From NCBI GenBank assembly GCA_001724245.1, contig MEDX01000001.1:1-64000 (forward strand): DNA of 64,000 nucleotides. Reading direction: 5' to 3'. This document shows positions 38,333 to 49,410 of this stretch, piece by piece (positions within the stretch are counted from its first letter, which is position 1; each line of letters begins with the position of its first letter). The stretch is from Fonticula-like sp. SCN 57-25 (Eukaryota). The translations under genes and the position numbers were made by a program. A model generated the notes under the pieces. That model was not told where the DNA came from. It searched no databases and saw only the letters and a program-made list of their open reading frames with translations.

Positions 38333-39026
38333 CTATCCTGCAGTGCGCGGCCTCTTGATGGGGGCTACTTGATCTGTTGGAAGGCAATGTGAATAGAAAG
38401 CAAAAATAGTACGCTAGCATACCCATTCGCGCGTGCAGCTCATTAATGCGCTCACTCAGAACCAGGATGACCTTTTGGATCTACCGAGATGGATGTTAGA
38501 TTCGATCTCCACGTTCCTACGGCAGACGTACCTCGGTGACCTCCTCGTTCAATGCCGAATCTGATGCCGTCCCAGCTGCTGTCGGCGTCGGGAAATCATC
38601 TGCGCCCGTTCCAAGCACGTATCTGCGTATCGTGAGCTACGGGGTCGAAGCAAGGGGCACACACGCACGATGTGATCTTGTCAGTGTCAAAGGTAAACTG
38701 CCCGCGCAGGTGGTCGAGCGCCTGTGGCGTTGTCTGATAAACACGCCCAAGCCGCTCATCACAAAAGTTACAAGCAATGGGCATATATGAGCTCCCTTGA
38801 TCGGGCCCCGTGCGCGCCGTGATAAAGTCGACCACTGGCTTGACACCAGGGGCAGCTGCAAAACACACAAGGTAAGCCACTCGCAGCGGACAATCACGCA
38901 AGACACAGTACCTCTAACCGAGACGGTATTCAAAGACTCTTCAGCTCCTACCCATGACAGCGAGTCACCCAAAATGCTCCTGCACTTGTTGCACTGAAGC
39001 ACGAAAGGCCCGCTCGCTTCCGCCAT
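38333..39026 (-). CDS. MIS18: Mis18 (Yippee-like) centromere licensing protein
   Basis: VLQCNKCRSILGDS…SSYMPIACNFCDERLGRVYQTTPQALDHLRGQF…ITS|YVLG followed by a short coiled coil. Confidence 0.85.
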
Positions 39027-39068
39027 CCTTGCGTGGCCTGCAGCAGAGATGATTTCGCGCGCTTTTTG

Positions 39069-39150
39069 AGCAAGATTGTCACAACACTGTGATGAGGAGC
39101 GCTCTCATTGGTCGATTTGAATCGTTCAGCAAGATTGTCACAATACTGTG
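39069..39150 (+). repeat. 23-bp direct repeat (1 mismatch) upstream of Mis18
   Basis: AGCAAGATTGTCACAACACTGTG at 39069-39091 and AGCAAGATTGTCACAATACTGTG at 39128-39150. Confidence 0.9.
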
Positions 39151-40247
39151 GGACGACATTGATCAGACAAAGCTCATTGGTAGATCATTGTTTTTGTTAT
39201 GGCCATGGCTGGAAAAACAGAGGGAAAAGAACATTCTCTGCCCGTGGAAACCACCAAAGGTATTAATAGCACCATCGATGGATAGCGAGTGACGTTGCCC
39301 AAACATATTCAATACCACTTCATGTACCAGGTACATTCAATGCACTTTCAATGTATAGTACTGTACATATTGTGCAGCGAGGCGCGTTTGCTTGGTTGGG
39401 CAAAAGCTCCTCTCAGAGGGCAGGTTGCTCCAGCTTCTATAAATACCAAACTGACGCACAAAGCTTGACATATGACGCCAGTCATATGCCTTTGAAAAGC
39501 CTTCGCGAACCATACGGCGGCACCCATATGGCCCTGTCAATTTGGACATTTCTCCGAGCCTTCCTTTCCGGGCAACAAACGGCATCTCGATCGACTATAT
39601 AAAACCCTACTCGCAGAGTCCTGATCGGCCCTGATTATTCGGCCATTTTGCCGCCGAGGTGTCGAGCGTGCGCGATTATCTGGCTTTGATCGATGCAAAT
39701 TTGTCTCTGTGATTCCAGGTATTTCGCATATGATGGGAGCTTGGTCGGGGGTGAATTGCAGACTCCTTTCCTAGGATAGGAAAGCTTTGTAATTATGCGG
39801 ATGATCGAACGTGGATAGGTCCCCATCCAATTGGAATGTAATTATTGCCATCGTCGCTGATTGGTCAGATCAAGATGGCCATTGCCCGAAAAAGCAATCG
39901 TCATTGCCTCGATTGAGTAATGCGTCTAGGCCCGCGGTCGCGGTACGTCAGTCAGCGGAAAGGCTCAGCCCGTCGCGTGCTCCGGTATTCACACAAAGCG
40001 CTCTCACCGCTCCTTCGCCGGACGCCTCTCACAGGTGCCGGATCAAGTTTACTAGACGCAGCGTCAGTGTCGCTCGTCTACTCTATAGCTCTAGAGACTC
40101 AGGCCTAGCCAGCTTTTGCATTTTCACGTGCGTGTTAAAAGGAAGGGCGTGGGAGCGGATGGGGGGGTTGCGGACTTCGCTTTGAAATCTTTTTTTTTCC
40201 ATTCTTCCTGCGCCGCGCGGTTTCTGACTCGTGGTTGTTTAGCAACA

Positions 40248-41365
40248 ATGGGTTGCTGTGGAGGTGATGCCGTCGATGCGGAGGACCGCAAGCGTAACAG
40301 CCAGATTGACAAGCAGCTTCGCGCTGACCAGGAGCGCATGAACCACGAGGTCAAGCTCCTGCTGCTCGGCGCCGGCGACTCGGGCAAGAGTACCATTCTC
40401 AAGCAGATGAAGTTCATCCACGACAACGGCTACTCCAAGGAGGACCGCGAGGCCTTCCGCGAGGTCGTCAACGCCAACGTGATCCAGTCGATGCACGCTG
40501 TCGTCGAGGCCATGCCCAACCTCGACCTGGACTTTTCCAACCCCGAGAACAAGGAGCACGCGCAGACCATCCTTGACCAGCCGCGCCAGGAGGAGATTCA
40601 CACTCTCCCGGCTGCCGTCACGACCGCCCTCATCTCGCTCTGGAAGGACGACGGCGTGCGCGAGGCCGTCCTCCGCTCCAACGAGTTCCAGCTCCACGAC
40701 TCTGCGCAGTACTACTTTGACTCGCTGGACCGCATCACTGCCTCCAACTACATTCCCGATGACCAGGATATCCTCCGCACCCGCGTCAAGACGACCGGCA
40801 TCAGCGAGACCACCTTCAAGGTCGAGAGCCTCACCTACCGCATGTTTGACGTCGGAGGCCAGCGTTCCGAGCGCAAGAAGTGGATCCACTGCTTTGAGAA
40901 CGTCACCGCCGTCGTGTTCGTCGTCGCTCTCAGCGCCTACGACCAGATGCTTCTCGAGGATGAGGCCGTGGTACGTTTGCTGTTTTTCTCGCCCAGACAT
41001 TGTATGCTAACTTGTTCGCGCAGAACCGGTTACAAGAGTCCCTCACCCTCTTTGACTCCATTTGCAACAGCAAGTGGTTCACAAAGACCTCCATCATTCT
41101 TTTCATGAATAAGACGGACTTGTTCCGCGAGAAGCTCGAGCGCTCGCCCCTCGTCAAGTACTTCCCCGACTACTCGGGCGGCCCCAGCTACGATTCGGCC
41201 GTCTCTTTCCTCACAAACAAGTTTGTGTCGATGCGCCAGTCGGATATCAAGCACATCTACCCTCACCAGACGTGTGCCACTGACACCAAGCAGGTCGCGT
41301 TCGTCATGGCTGCGGTCAACGATATTATTACCCAGAACAACCTCCGCGATGCTGGCCTCCTGTAA
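40248..41365 (+). CDS. Heterotrimeric G protein alpha subunit (Gi/o-like, fungal group I-like)
   Basis: MGCC lipidation site, KLLLLGAGDSGKST, RTRVKTTGI, DVGGQRSERKKWIHCFE, FMNKTD, TCATDT; one coding intron. Confidence 0.96.
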
Positions 41366-41559
41366 GCCATCATCGTGGTTGCGGCATGCTTGATTTAATT
41401 TCTTTTTCCGTTATATTTTCAGCTTAACATTGAATTGCAGACTTTTTGTTGCTTTAATACGCAAATATATATGTTGTAGAGCAAACCTGTCCCTTACTCG
41501 CGTCCACATCAATGTCAAAAATGCAAGGGTATATTAAGTTAAGCGATGCAAACAATGCG

Positions 41560-44500
41560 TTAAAATATGGTGCACGAGGAATTCTGCTCCTGCTCCTGCT
41601 CGCGCTGGCGCACGGCATCCCGCGCCTGCTGGTGGCTGACCTGGTCGAGCTTTGTCACGTACGTCAGCGTGTAGTCGTTGATGGTTTTCCGCAAAAACAC
41701 ATTGTCAAAGAGGATGCGCTGCATCACGGGCACCATAGGGATGCCGCCAAACGTCGACGACATGATCGAAATATCATCGAGAATGTTGTCTAGGAGCGAC
41801 TGGCTCATGGTATGCAGCGACGACAGGTCGAATGCGCGGCGCAGCAGGCGGTTAAGCTTGACCGTATCGGTGCACGCCATCCGCTGCCACAGCACCTCGG
41901 TCGCCTCCAAAAAGGCCGCCATGCGCTCGTCACCATCGGCAGGCGACTGCGAAGCGCCTGACCCGACCGACCGCGGCGAGGCAGCCTGGGAGGGACTGGG
42001 CGACATCGCCGGCGTCGGCGCCGGGGACATTGCCGGAGAGCGCGCCGGGGTCGGCAATGCCGACCTGCGCTCGTCGTCTACCTGCATCGTCTGCACGCCC
42101 ATCGAAACCATCTCCACCGCCGTGGCTACGGGTGCAAGCGGCACCTCGGCAGAAACATCCACTGCGGCCTCAACGTAGCCCGACTCTGTGGGGTCCTCGG
42201 GGACCGGCTGCGCAAGCCGAGCTAAAAGGGCAAAGGTCAGAATGCAAGACACAGAGACGCGCATAAGCGTACCAAACGTCGTCGTCGGGTCGGCGGCTTC
42301 TGGCTGCACGACAGCAGCCGTCGCCGCAGCGGCGGCAGCAGCAGCAGACGCGGTCGCAGCGGCAGCGAGCGCGTGCGCCTCGGCCTCGCGGACCTCCAGC
42401 TCTGCGCATGTTCGCCGCAGCGTGCGGATCTGCTCGTCCTGCTTCTTGATCTGCTCCTGCAGGCGCGCCACCTGCTCCTGGAGGCGCGCGACCTGAGCAT
42501 CTGCGCCAGCCACCGCCGTGGCGATCGATGCCGCGGCGCCCGGCATCGACCAGTCGAGCTGGTCAACGCCAAAGTAGGACGACGGGCGGATGCGCTTGGC
42601 CGGGCGAACGCGCACGACGGGGACGTCAGACGACGGCGGGACGGGGGCGGGAGCCTTGGCGACCGCAGCGGCCTTTTCGACCACTGGCTCCTGTGGTTCG
42701 TCAAAGTTGGCGCTCGCGTTCATGCTGTTCGACCGCGAGCGCGACTGCCGCTGGAACTTCCACCCGCGGACCATGTTGCGCGCGCGCTCGTCGTCGCTCG
42801 TGGACATGTCCGCCTCGCTCGCCGACAGCTTGGGCGGGATGCTGGGGAGCGGGATGGGCGCCGTGGCGGTGAACGTAAAGGGCGGCTCGACCGGGGGGGC
42901 GGGGGCCGCTTCCTGGGCAGAAGGGGCAACAAGGGCAACAGCAGCAGGCGGCGCGTCCACGGGGCGGGCATCCTGCATCTTGGGAGCCGGAGCCACCACT
43001 GGTGATTCGAGGACTGGAGCAGCCACAGGCGACTCGAGGACTGGAGCAGCTACAGGTGATGCGAGAACCGGAGCAGCCACTGGTGATGCGAGAACTGGAG
43101 CAGCCACAGGTGACTTGGGGGTCGGGGCCGCCGCTGGCGCCTTGAGAGACGCTGTCTGGATAGGCGCAGGTGGCTTGGCGGTCGTTGGTTGGGTCGCTGA
43201 GGGCGCCTTGGAAGCCTTGGTGGTCGCGGCCGTCGGAGGCGGCGTGGTGGCCGCGGGGCTGGCGGGGCTGCTCACAGGAGCGGACTGGACGCCCGTCGCG
43301 GGCCGCGAGAGCGACTTTGGCTTGCGCGACTTTAGCGCCTGCTGAATATCGGCCTCGTGCGCAGGCTTTATCAAGTCATTGGCGATGCGGCGCTCAATCT
43401 CGGCGAGGATGGACTCGGCGTGCTTGGCCGGCTCTTCACCGGGCGCAGCGTGGACCCTGTGAAACGCGCGTTAGAATCAGCACGATGCAGCCGAAGGAAG
43501 CGAGCGTACTCTGTCGCCTGCTTCTTGAGCAGCATGACTTCATCGCGCGCGTGCTCGAGCAGCTCGCGGTCCTGCTCCTGTTGCTTGCACAGCTTGTTGT
43601 TGACGCTGGAGAGCTCGCGGACAATGTCGATGAGCGAATCGGCCTCGGCCGCGGCGGCCTTTTGCTGCTTCGAGTTGAGGCGCAGGCCATCGAGCTCCCG
43701 CTGAAGGGCACTGTGGCTGGCTCGCAGCTCCTCTGCAGCGGCAACCTTGCCCTTGAGCTCCTCCTCGGACGACAAAAGCTGTTCGTGCTCGGCGGTCAGC
43801 GCACTAAACTCTTCCCGCAGGTCGGCAAGCAGTTTGGCGGCCGCGCGCTCCTGGCGACGCGCATTGGCGACCTCCTCTTCGAGCTCCTGTACTTGCCGCG
43901 TAAAGAGCTGGTTCGCCTCCTCGCCCTCTGTCGAGCGCTCGCGCGTCTTCAAGAGGTCTGCGCGCAGCCGCTCGACCTCAATGTGCCGCTGGCGAAGGTC
44001 GCGCTCGAGACGCTCCCGTTCAGCCTCGGCGTCGGCAGTAATCGAATCCGCCGCAACAAGGCGCTACAGAAAACACATAAGTATCTGCGATGAGCAGTGT
44101 CCGGGGCGCACCTGCTGCGTCGCCCGCAGATCGCGCGTGGTGCTTTGATGAGCGCGCTGCTCCGCAGCAAGCTCCTCCTGCGTGCTCAGTAGCCGCTCGG
44201 ACGCTTCGGCTGCTTCTATTTCCCGCGACCGCAATAGCTCGGCAAACTGTTCCTCGGCCTGCTGGGTGTCGGCTCGGGCGAGCTCGAGCTCGCTCAGCAG
44301 TGCCTGGCCGATCTCCGCAGCTAAAGTCAGGTTCTTTCCACCAAATGGGTCAGCGGCATGCTTCCAACACAGGATCAAGTACCTTTTCCTTTTCCAGCAA
44401 AAGCTCTACAAGCTGCTCCGGCGATTTCTGCAGCAGATCTTGCTCGTTGAGCTCTGCATGGTTGGCCGCACCGTCGGCAATATCATTCTCGTCGTCGTCC

Positions 44501-44650
44501 TCGGCTAGTGCCGCAAGATTAGAAATCTCTTAAAATAACCAAGCACGGATCCGTACTATTTTGCGACAACTCTTCGTGCACAATGCGCGCTACTCGCTGC
44601 GGCTGAGGCGGGCGCCGCCCCGGCCCCGCCAAGCGCCGCGGTGACGACAT
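41560..44650 (-). CDS. Long coiled-coil protein with CC1-box-like motif (candidate dynein activating adaptor)
   Basis: Spliced LLLEKEK|NLTLAAEIGQALL; long heptad coil; ESILAEIERR; Pro/Ala-rich linker; helical C-terminus TDTVKLNRLLRRAFDL. Confidence 0.6.
42989..43114 (-). repeat. 27-bp coding tandem repeat encoding SPVAAPVL(A/E), about 4.5 copies
   Basis: Translation SPVAAPVLASPVAAPVLASPVAAPVLESPVAAPVLESPVVAP. Confidence 0.85.
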
Positions 44651-44750
44651 TCTGTTGTTGCACGGCGGCGGGGAATGTTTGCTTTGAAAAGAAACGCCTC
44701 GTCAGCACTGCCCCTCAAGTGTTCTCTGAGCGTTCTCATCGATGACAAAC

Positions 44751-46198
44751 ATGTCTGCGGGAGGAATCTCCAAGCGCGGGGCGGAATGCGCCGCTGACAA
44801 CAGCCTTTTGTACGCACTGCTTGCGTACTGGCGCGCTAATTCTTGTTACTGACCACTGTGTGAACGCAGGACGACGGGAATGAAGCGTGCGTTTGAGCGC
44901 CCGTTCGATCCCGTCACTCGGGTGTCTGGCGTGATCAACCTCGGCACGGCCGAGAACAAGCTGCTCGTGAGAGAGTTTGCGGCCAAGCTAAAGACCGAGT
45001 TTGCCGCCGGTGTCACGCCCAAGGACCTTTTGTACGGTGACTTTAATGGCGAGCCCGAGCTGCGGTCGTCGCTGGCTTCGATGCTGTCGCGTCATATGGG
45101 TAACTTCCCGATCGATCCAGCGCATATCGTTGTGCAAAACGGCTGCGGCACGGTAGTCGAATCGCTTGCCATGGTCCTGTGCGACCCCGGCGACGCCTTC
45201 CTTATCCTCACGCCATACTATGGCGGCTTTGACATTGACTTTGTGAAGCGCGCCGGCGTGCAGCTGCTGCCCGTCGACCTTCACTCGAGCAACGGCTACG
45301 CGGTTTCCATTCCTGACCTGGAGCGCGTGCTTGCGGACGCGCGCCGCCGCGGCATCAACGTGCGCGGTTTTGTCATTTCGTCGCCCAACAACCCGCTGGG
45401 CAGCTCGTACACGCGAGGCGAGCTGCAGTCGATGGTCGACTTTTGCCACCGCCACGACCTCCACTTTATCTCTGACGAGATCTACCTGCTCTCCGACTTT
45501 AGCAGCGTCATCGGAAAGCCGGAGAGCGCCGTTGTCCCGGTGCTCTCGCTGCAGATCCCCGACCCGAGCCGCGTGCACATCGTCTGGGGCTTTAGCAAGG
45601 ACTTTGGCGCGTCGGGTCTGCGCGTCGGCCTCTCTTACACGCGCAACCCGGCCGTCCTCAGCGCACTGCAGGGGGTGCGCTGCGCAATTTCCCTTTTCGG
45701 CAGCACGAGCACTAACACCATAGCAGCTGTCGTACTTTACCGGCGTATCGCGCCCGCTGCACGTGGCCCTGCAGCGCATGATGGCCGACGGCCCGTGGGT
45801 CGACAGCTACATTGCGCGCAACCGCCGCGGCCTCGCCGAATCGAACGCCTTCCTCACTTTGGGCCTGGCTCGCATCGGCCTAAAGGCGCTCCCGTGCACG
45901 GCGGGCATGTTTGTGTGGGTCGACTTTCGCGCGTGCCTGCACCTCTTTGGCAAGCCGGGCTCGCGCGAGGCCGAGCTGGCGCTCTGGGACCGCCTCATCG
46001 ACAACGGGCTATACATCGGTACGCTTTTCTCGCACGCGCCATTGAGGGCCTCTGACGCGCCGTACAGCGCCCGGTGCCGCGTTCCGCTGCGCAGAGCCGG
46101 GGTGGTTCAGGATCATCTTTTCCGCGCCGCACGATATTCTGCAGCTCGCCCTGGACAGGATCGCGCTCACCATTCAGGCAACTTCCCCGCGCATGTAG
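44751..46198 (+). CDS. ACC-synthase-like PLP-dependent aminotransferase (class I/II)
   Basis: [49 protein letters not shown] (PLP lysine), EPGWFRIIF. Confidence 0.9.
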
Positions 46199-46298
46199 CA
46201 CGCATTACTTTTCAGCTCCAAATGATGGGTTTCCCCAGCAACATTACAGTTGTACATTATAGTAGTATAAACATGACAAAACCGGCCTCTACATCTCA

Positions 46299-49243
46299 TC
46301 AGCCGTCCTTGTGGCTTTCGTAATAATCGTTGTAGTCTAGGCGCGTGCGCAGCGACCGCAGCGACTCGTCCGACTGCCGCCCGAGCTCGACAAGGAGCTG
46401 CTTGAGTGTCGTCTACGGCAGGCGAGTCAGTATAGTATTGGGCATCACTGGGCGGCGTACGTCGTAGGCGCCGCTCACCTGGCCGAGCTGGCGCCGCGCG
46501 TCGCGCACCGGCCCCTGCAGGATGGCCGGCGGGAGGCTCTCGGCGCGGTCCTTTGTCGTGAGGCCCCACTTGCCCGCCTTTGTCTTGACGCCAGCGTGCT
46601 GCACAAGCTCGCTGCGGCGGTTGAGCTCCGTCTCGAGGATGCGGTAGAGCGTCCCCTGCGCCGCGCGGAAGCCCGAAATGATGTCGTAGAGGCGCAGGAG
46701 AAGGACGCTCGCGGCCTGCGATGACTCGTCCAGCAGCAGCTTGGCCGCAATGCCGTGCAGGTAGCGCCCATGCGAGGCAATCACATCGTCCAAATTCCTG
46801 CTCGTCGCGGTGAGCAAAAGAAAGGGCAAAGAAAAAGTCGCACCCGTCGCGCTTCAAGTCGCGGTTGAGGTCGTCCCACGAGCACTCGAGCACCTCAAAC
46901 ATCACATAGTACTGCATCTGCGCCATAAAGTGGAACATGTGCTCGCGCAAAATGTGACAGTGGTGAAGCTCCTTGCGCATCTCTGCGCGCGCACAATAAG
47001 AAATGCGTCAAAAGTGCTACCAAGCGCCGTACCGACGACCACGTGCGATCCGCCGCCAAACCCGAGCTGCTCGCGCCACGCGGTCTCGAGCGCGTTCTGC
47101 GTGCGCTTCATGCCCCACAGCCGCGTAAAGATCTGCCGGTACTGCTTGATGTGGTGGTCCGTGACGACGCTCGACAGCGGCGGGTCGACATGGTAGTCGA
47201 GCGAGAACACGCGCCAGCCAAGGTCGTTGGGCGACGGCTGCAGGCGGGCGTTAGCAGGAAAAACAACGACAAAGAGCGGCCACGCACCTTGAGCAGGCGC
47301 GGCATGAGGCGCGGGAGGACATCGGGGCTCTCGTGCTGAGCATTGGATGATTGCACGGCCGTCTCGAATTTTGCTGCGCGCTCGATTAGACACGGCAAAA
47401 CACACACAAAAGCAGACGTACAAATAACGTGGTGGAGCGAAAGGCTGGACGCGGGCCGGTCGAGGTCCTCTGCGAGCTGGTCCATGAGGACCTGCACAAA
47501 GTCGCCCTGCTCGAGCAGGAGGTACTTGCGAAGCGCGCTCATGTGGTCCATCAGCTTGTGCTTGCCAAAAAGCAGCTCGAGGAGCCGCTTGGAGCACGAC
47601 GAGCACGCCGCGTCAACGGTCGCCTCCAGCCCGTTCATGTTCGAGTACACCAGCTCTGAGCGGCGCACTCGTCAGCCGGCACAGACAAAAAAATAATATG
47701 TACGCACCCTCGCGCTTGATGGCGACGGGCAGAGCCCAGCCTTCGTCCTTGCACACATACCGAATAAAGTTGATCGACTTGCCGATCAGAAGGATCTTGT
47801 TGGTCAGCTCGGTCGAGAAAAAGGCCGGCACCATCGCGGTGCGGCAGCTGTACTTGCGCGCCCACGGGTCCGCCTCGACGACAGCGCTCGCGGACGCCGA
47901 TTTCGACACCATGAACTCGCCCTGCGGGTCGTCAAGCGTACCCTCCTCAATCCACTTGACCAGCATGTCAAAGAACGGCGCGCAAATCTAGCAGGGAAAA
48001 GTCAGAACCACGCTGGACTCGTAGGCCTCGCACCTTTTCGAGCAGGCGTTCCACGACCGAGGAAATGCCGGGGTCGCCGTGCCGCGCGTACTTGTAGATG
48101 CTCGAGATGAGCGCTCCGCCCTTGCCCTGGCAGCACTCGGCCATCATGGCGAGCACCTTTAGCCGCTCGAACGGCTCGACCATCCACACCTGGAGGCGCT
48201 TGAGCGTCAGCGCGCGGATGCCATCGCCGCTCGCCTCCACGCCGGCTATTTGGGACTCGAGCACGACGACGAGGCGCTGGTGCTCCGCCAGCAGCTCGGT
48301 CATTGCAGAGTGGAAGCACTGGCCGACAGAGCCGAACGAGGGGTCCTTTTGGAGCTTGGCGAGGAGCTCGGTGATGCGGCGGTGGTGCCACCCAATTACA
48401 CACATGTTTGACACGAGCAGCCGCGTGCTCGCTGACACATCCGCCTAAACAACGCGTTAGAGACACAAGAGAGTGTAAATGGAATCTGCTTACCCGCGAG
48501 TCGAGCACAAATTCATCGGCGGTGGCATCCCAGCGGATGTAGCGCCCGTCAATCCCCTGGAAAACAAACAGCAAGTCGCGAATAAGCGCGTCCTCGGGGA
48601 CCAGCTTGCGTCCTATCCAACACACGCACAACGTTAGACCTATACAAATACGCTATTAAAGCGTACCGTCTTGGACGTGCTGAAGGTACCGTGTGTAGCC
48701 CGGCAGCACCGAGGCCGACGTCGAGGAAGGCACCTCGTGCCTCTGCCTTACGACCGGCGGGGCGACCGGGATGCGGCGCAGGCCGCCTTCAGAAAAGACC
48801 TCAGAGACAAGCAGTGGTACCGCGGGCTGAGTGCCCTGCTCCGAAACGAGCAGCATAAACGTCAGGACAGACCAGCGCGTGTGCGGGGATGCTTTGGTCT
48901 TGAGGCGGTAGTGAAGCTTGTTGAACTGAAGCGAAGTGGTATTCGTAGCATCCTCGCGTAATACTGAAACAATAACAAATGAATGGGCAAACGACTATAA
49001 ATATACACTGCCGTACGTCTCTTTTGCGCGCGGTCCGCAACATGGTCCTCGTTCTCGACGACGCTCGGCGCTAACCGACTCCCGAGGATGCGCATGAGGT
49101 ACGCAATCTGCGACTGGTCCACGTCATCTACAATGCGCGCGTTACATCACAGGCCATGGTACAAGTGGCTCAAATGTCGTACATTGAGCTAGCCCCAACT
49201 GCCGCGCGGCGAGTGCGCGCAGGAGCGCCTCCGATGCAGCCAT
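46299..49243 (-). CDS. TUBGCP3: Gamma-tubulin complex component 3 (GCP3/Spc98)
   Basis: [35 protein letters not shown]…[58 protein letters not shown]. Confidence 0.95.
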
Positions 49244-49277
49244 GTTGCTGGCAGCCTGGTGACTAGCCGTTGTCGAA

Positions 49278-49294
49278 TTTCGCGCCGTTTTAAA
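49278..49294 (+). promoter_or_regulatory. E2F site linked to CHR-like TTTAAA at 4-nt spacing in the GCP3/NAMPT promoter
   Basis: TTTCGCG-CCGT-TTTAAA. Confidence 0.5.
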
Positions 49295-49299
49295 CCCGA

Positions 49300-49333
49300 A
49301 ATCCACCCCGGATTTAATAATCCACCCCGGATT
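49300..49333. repeat. Tandem pair of 15-bp spaced palindromes AATCC-ACCCC-GGATT
   Basis: Exact copies at 49300-49314 and 49319-49333. Confidence 0.9.
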
Positions 49334-49410
49334 CAGTGTTTGCGCAATTGCTGTCTGCTCTCCTGCCCCTGCCTTCCTCCCCCCGACACCAGTGCCAAGC
49401 ATCCGCGACG

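Noticed and set aside
39069..39150. CRISPR-like repeat-spacer-repeat (23-bp repeats, 36-bp gap)
   Set aside because: Only two copies, eukaryotic promoter context, no cas genes
39088..39170. C/D snoRNA suggested by GTGATGA
   Set aside because: No suitably placed CTGA box D or terminal stem found
39337..39585. 82-aa minus-strand ORF as a gene
   Set aside because: No motif and no host-like codon bias
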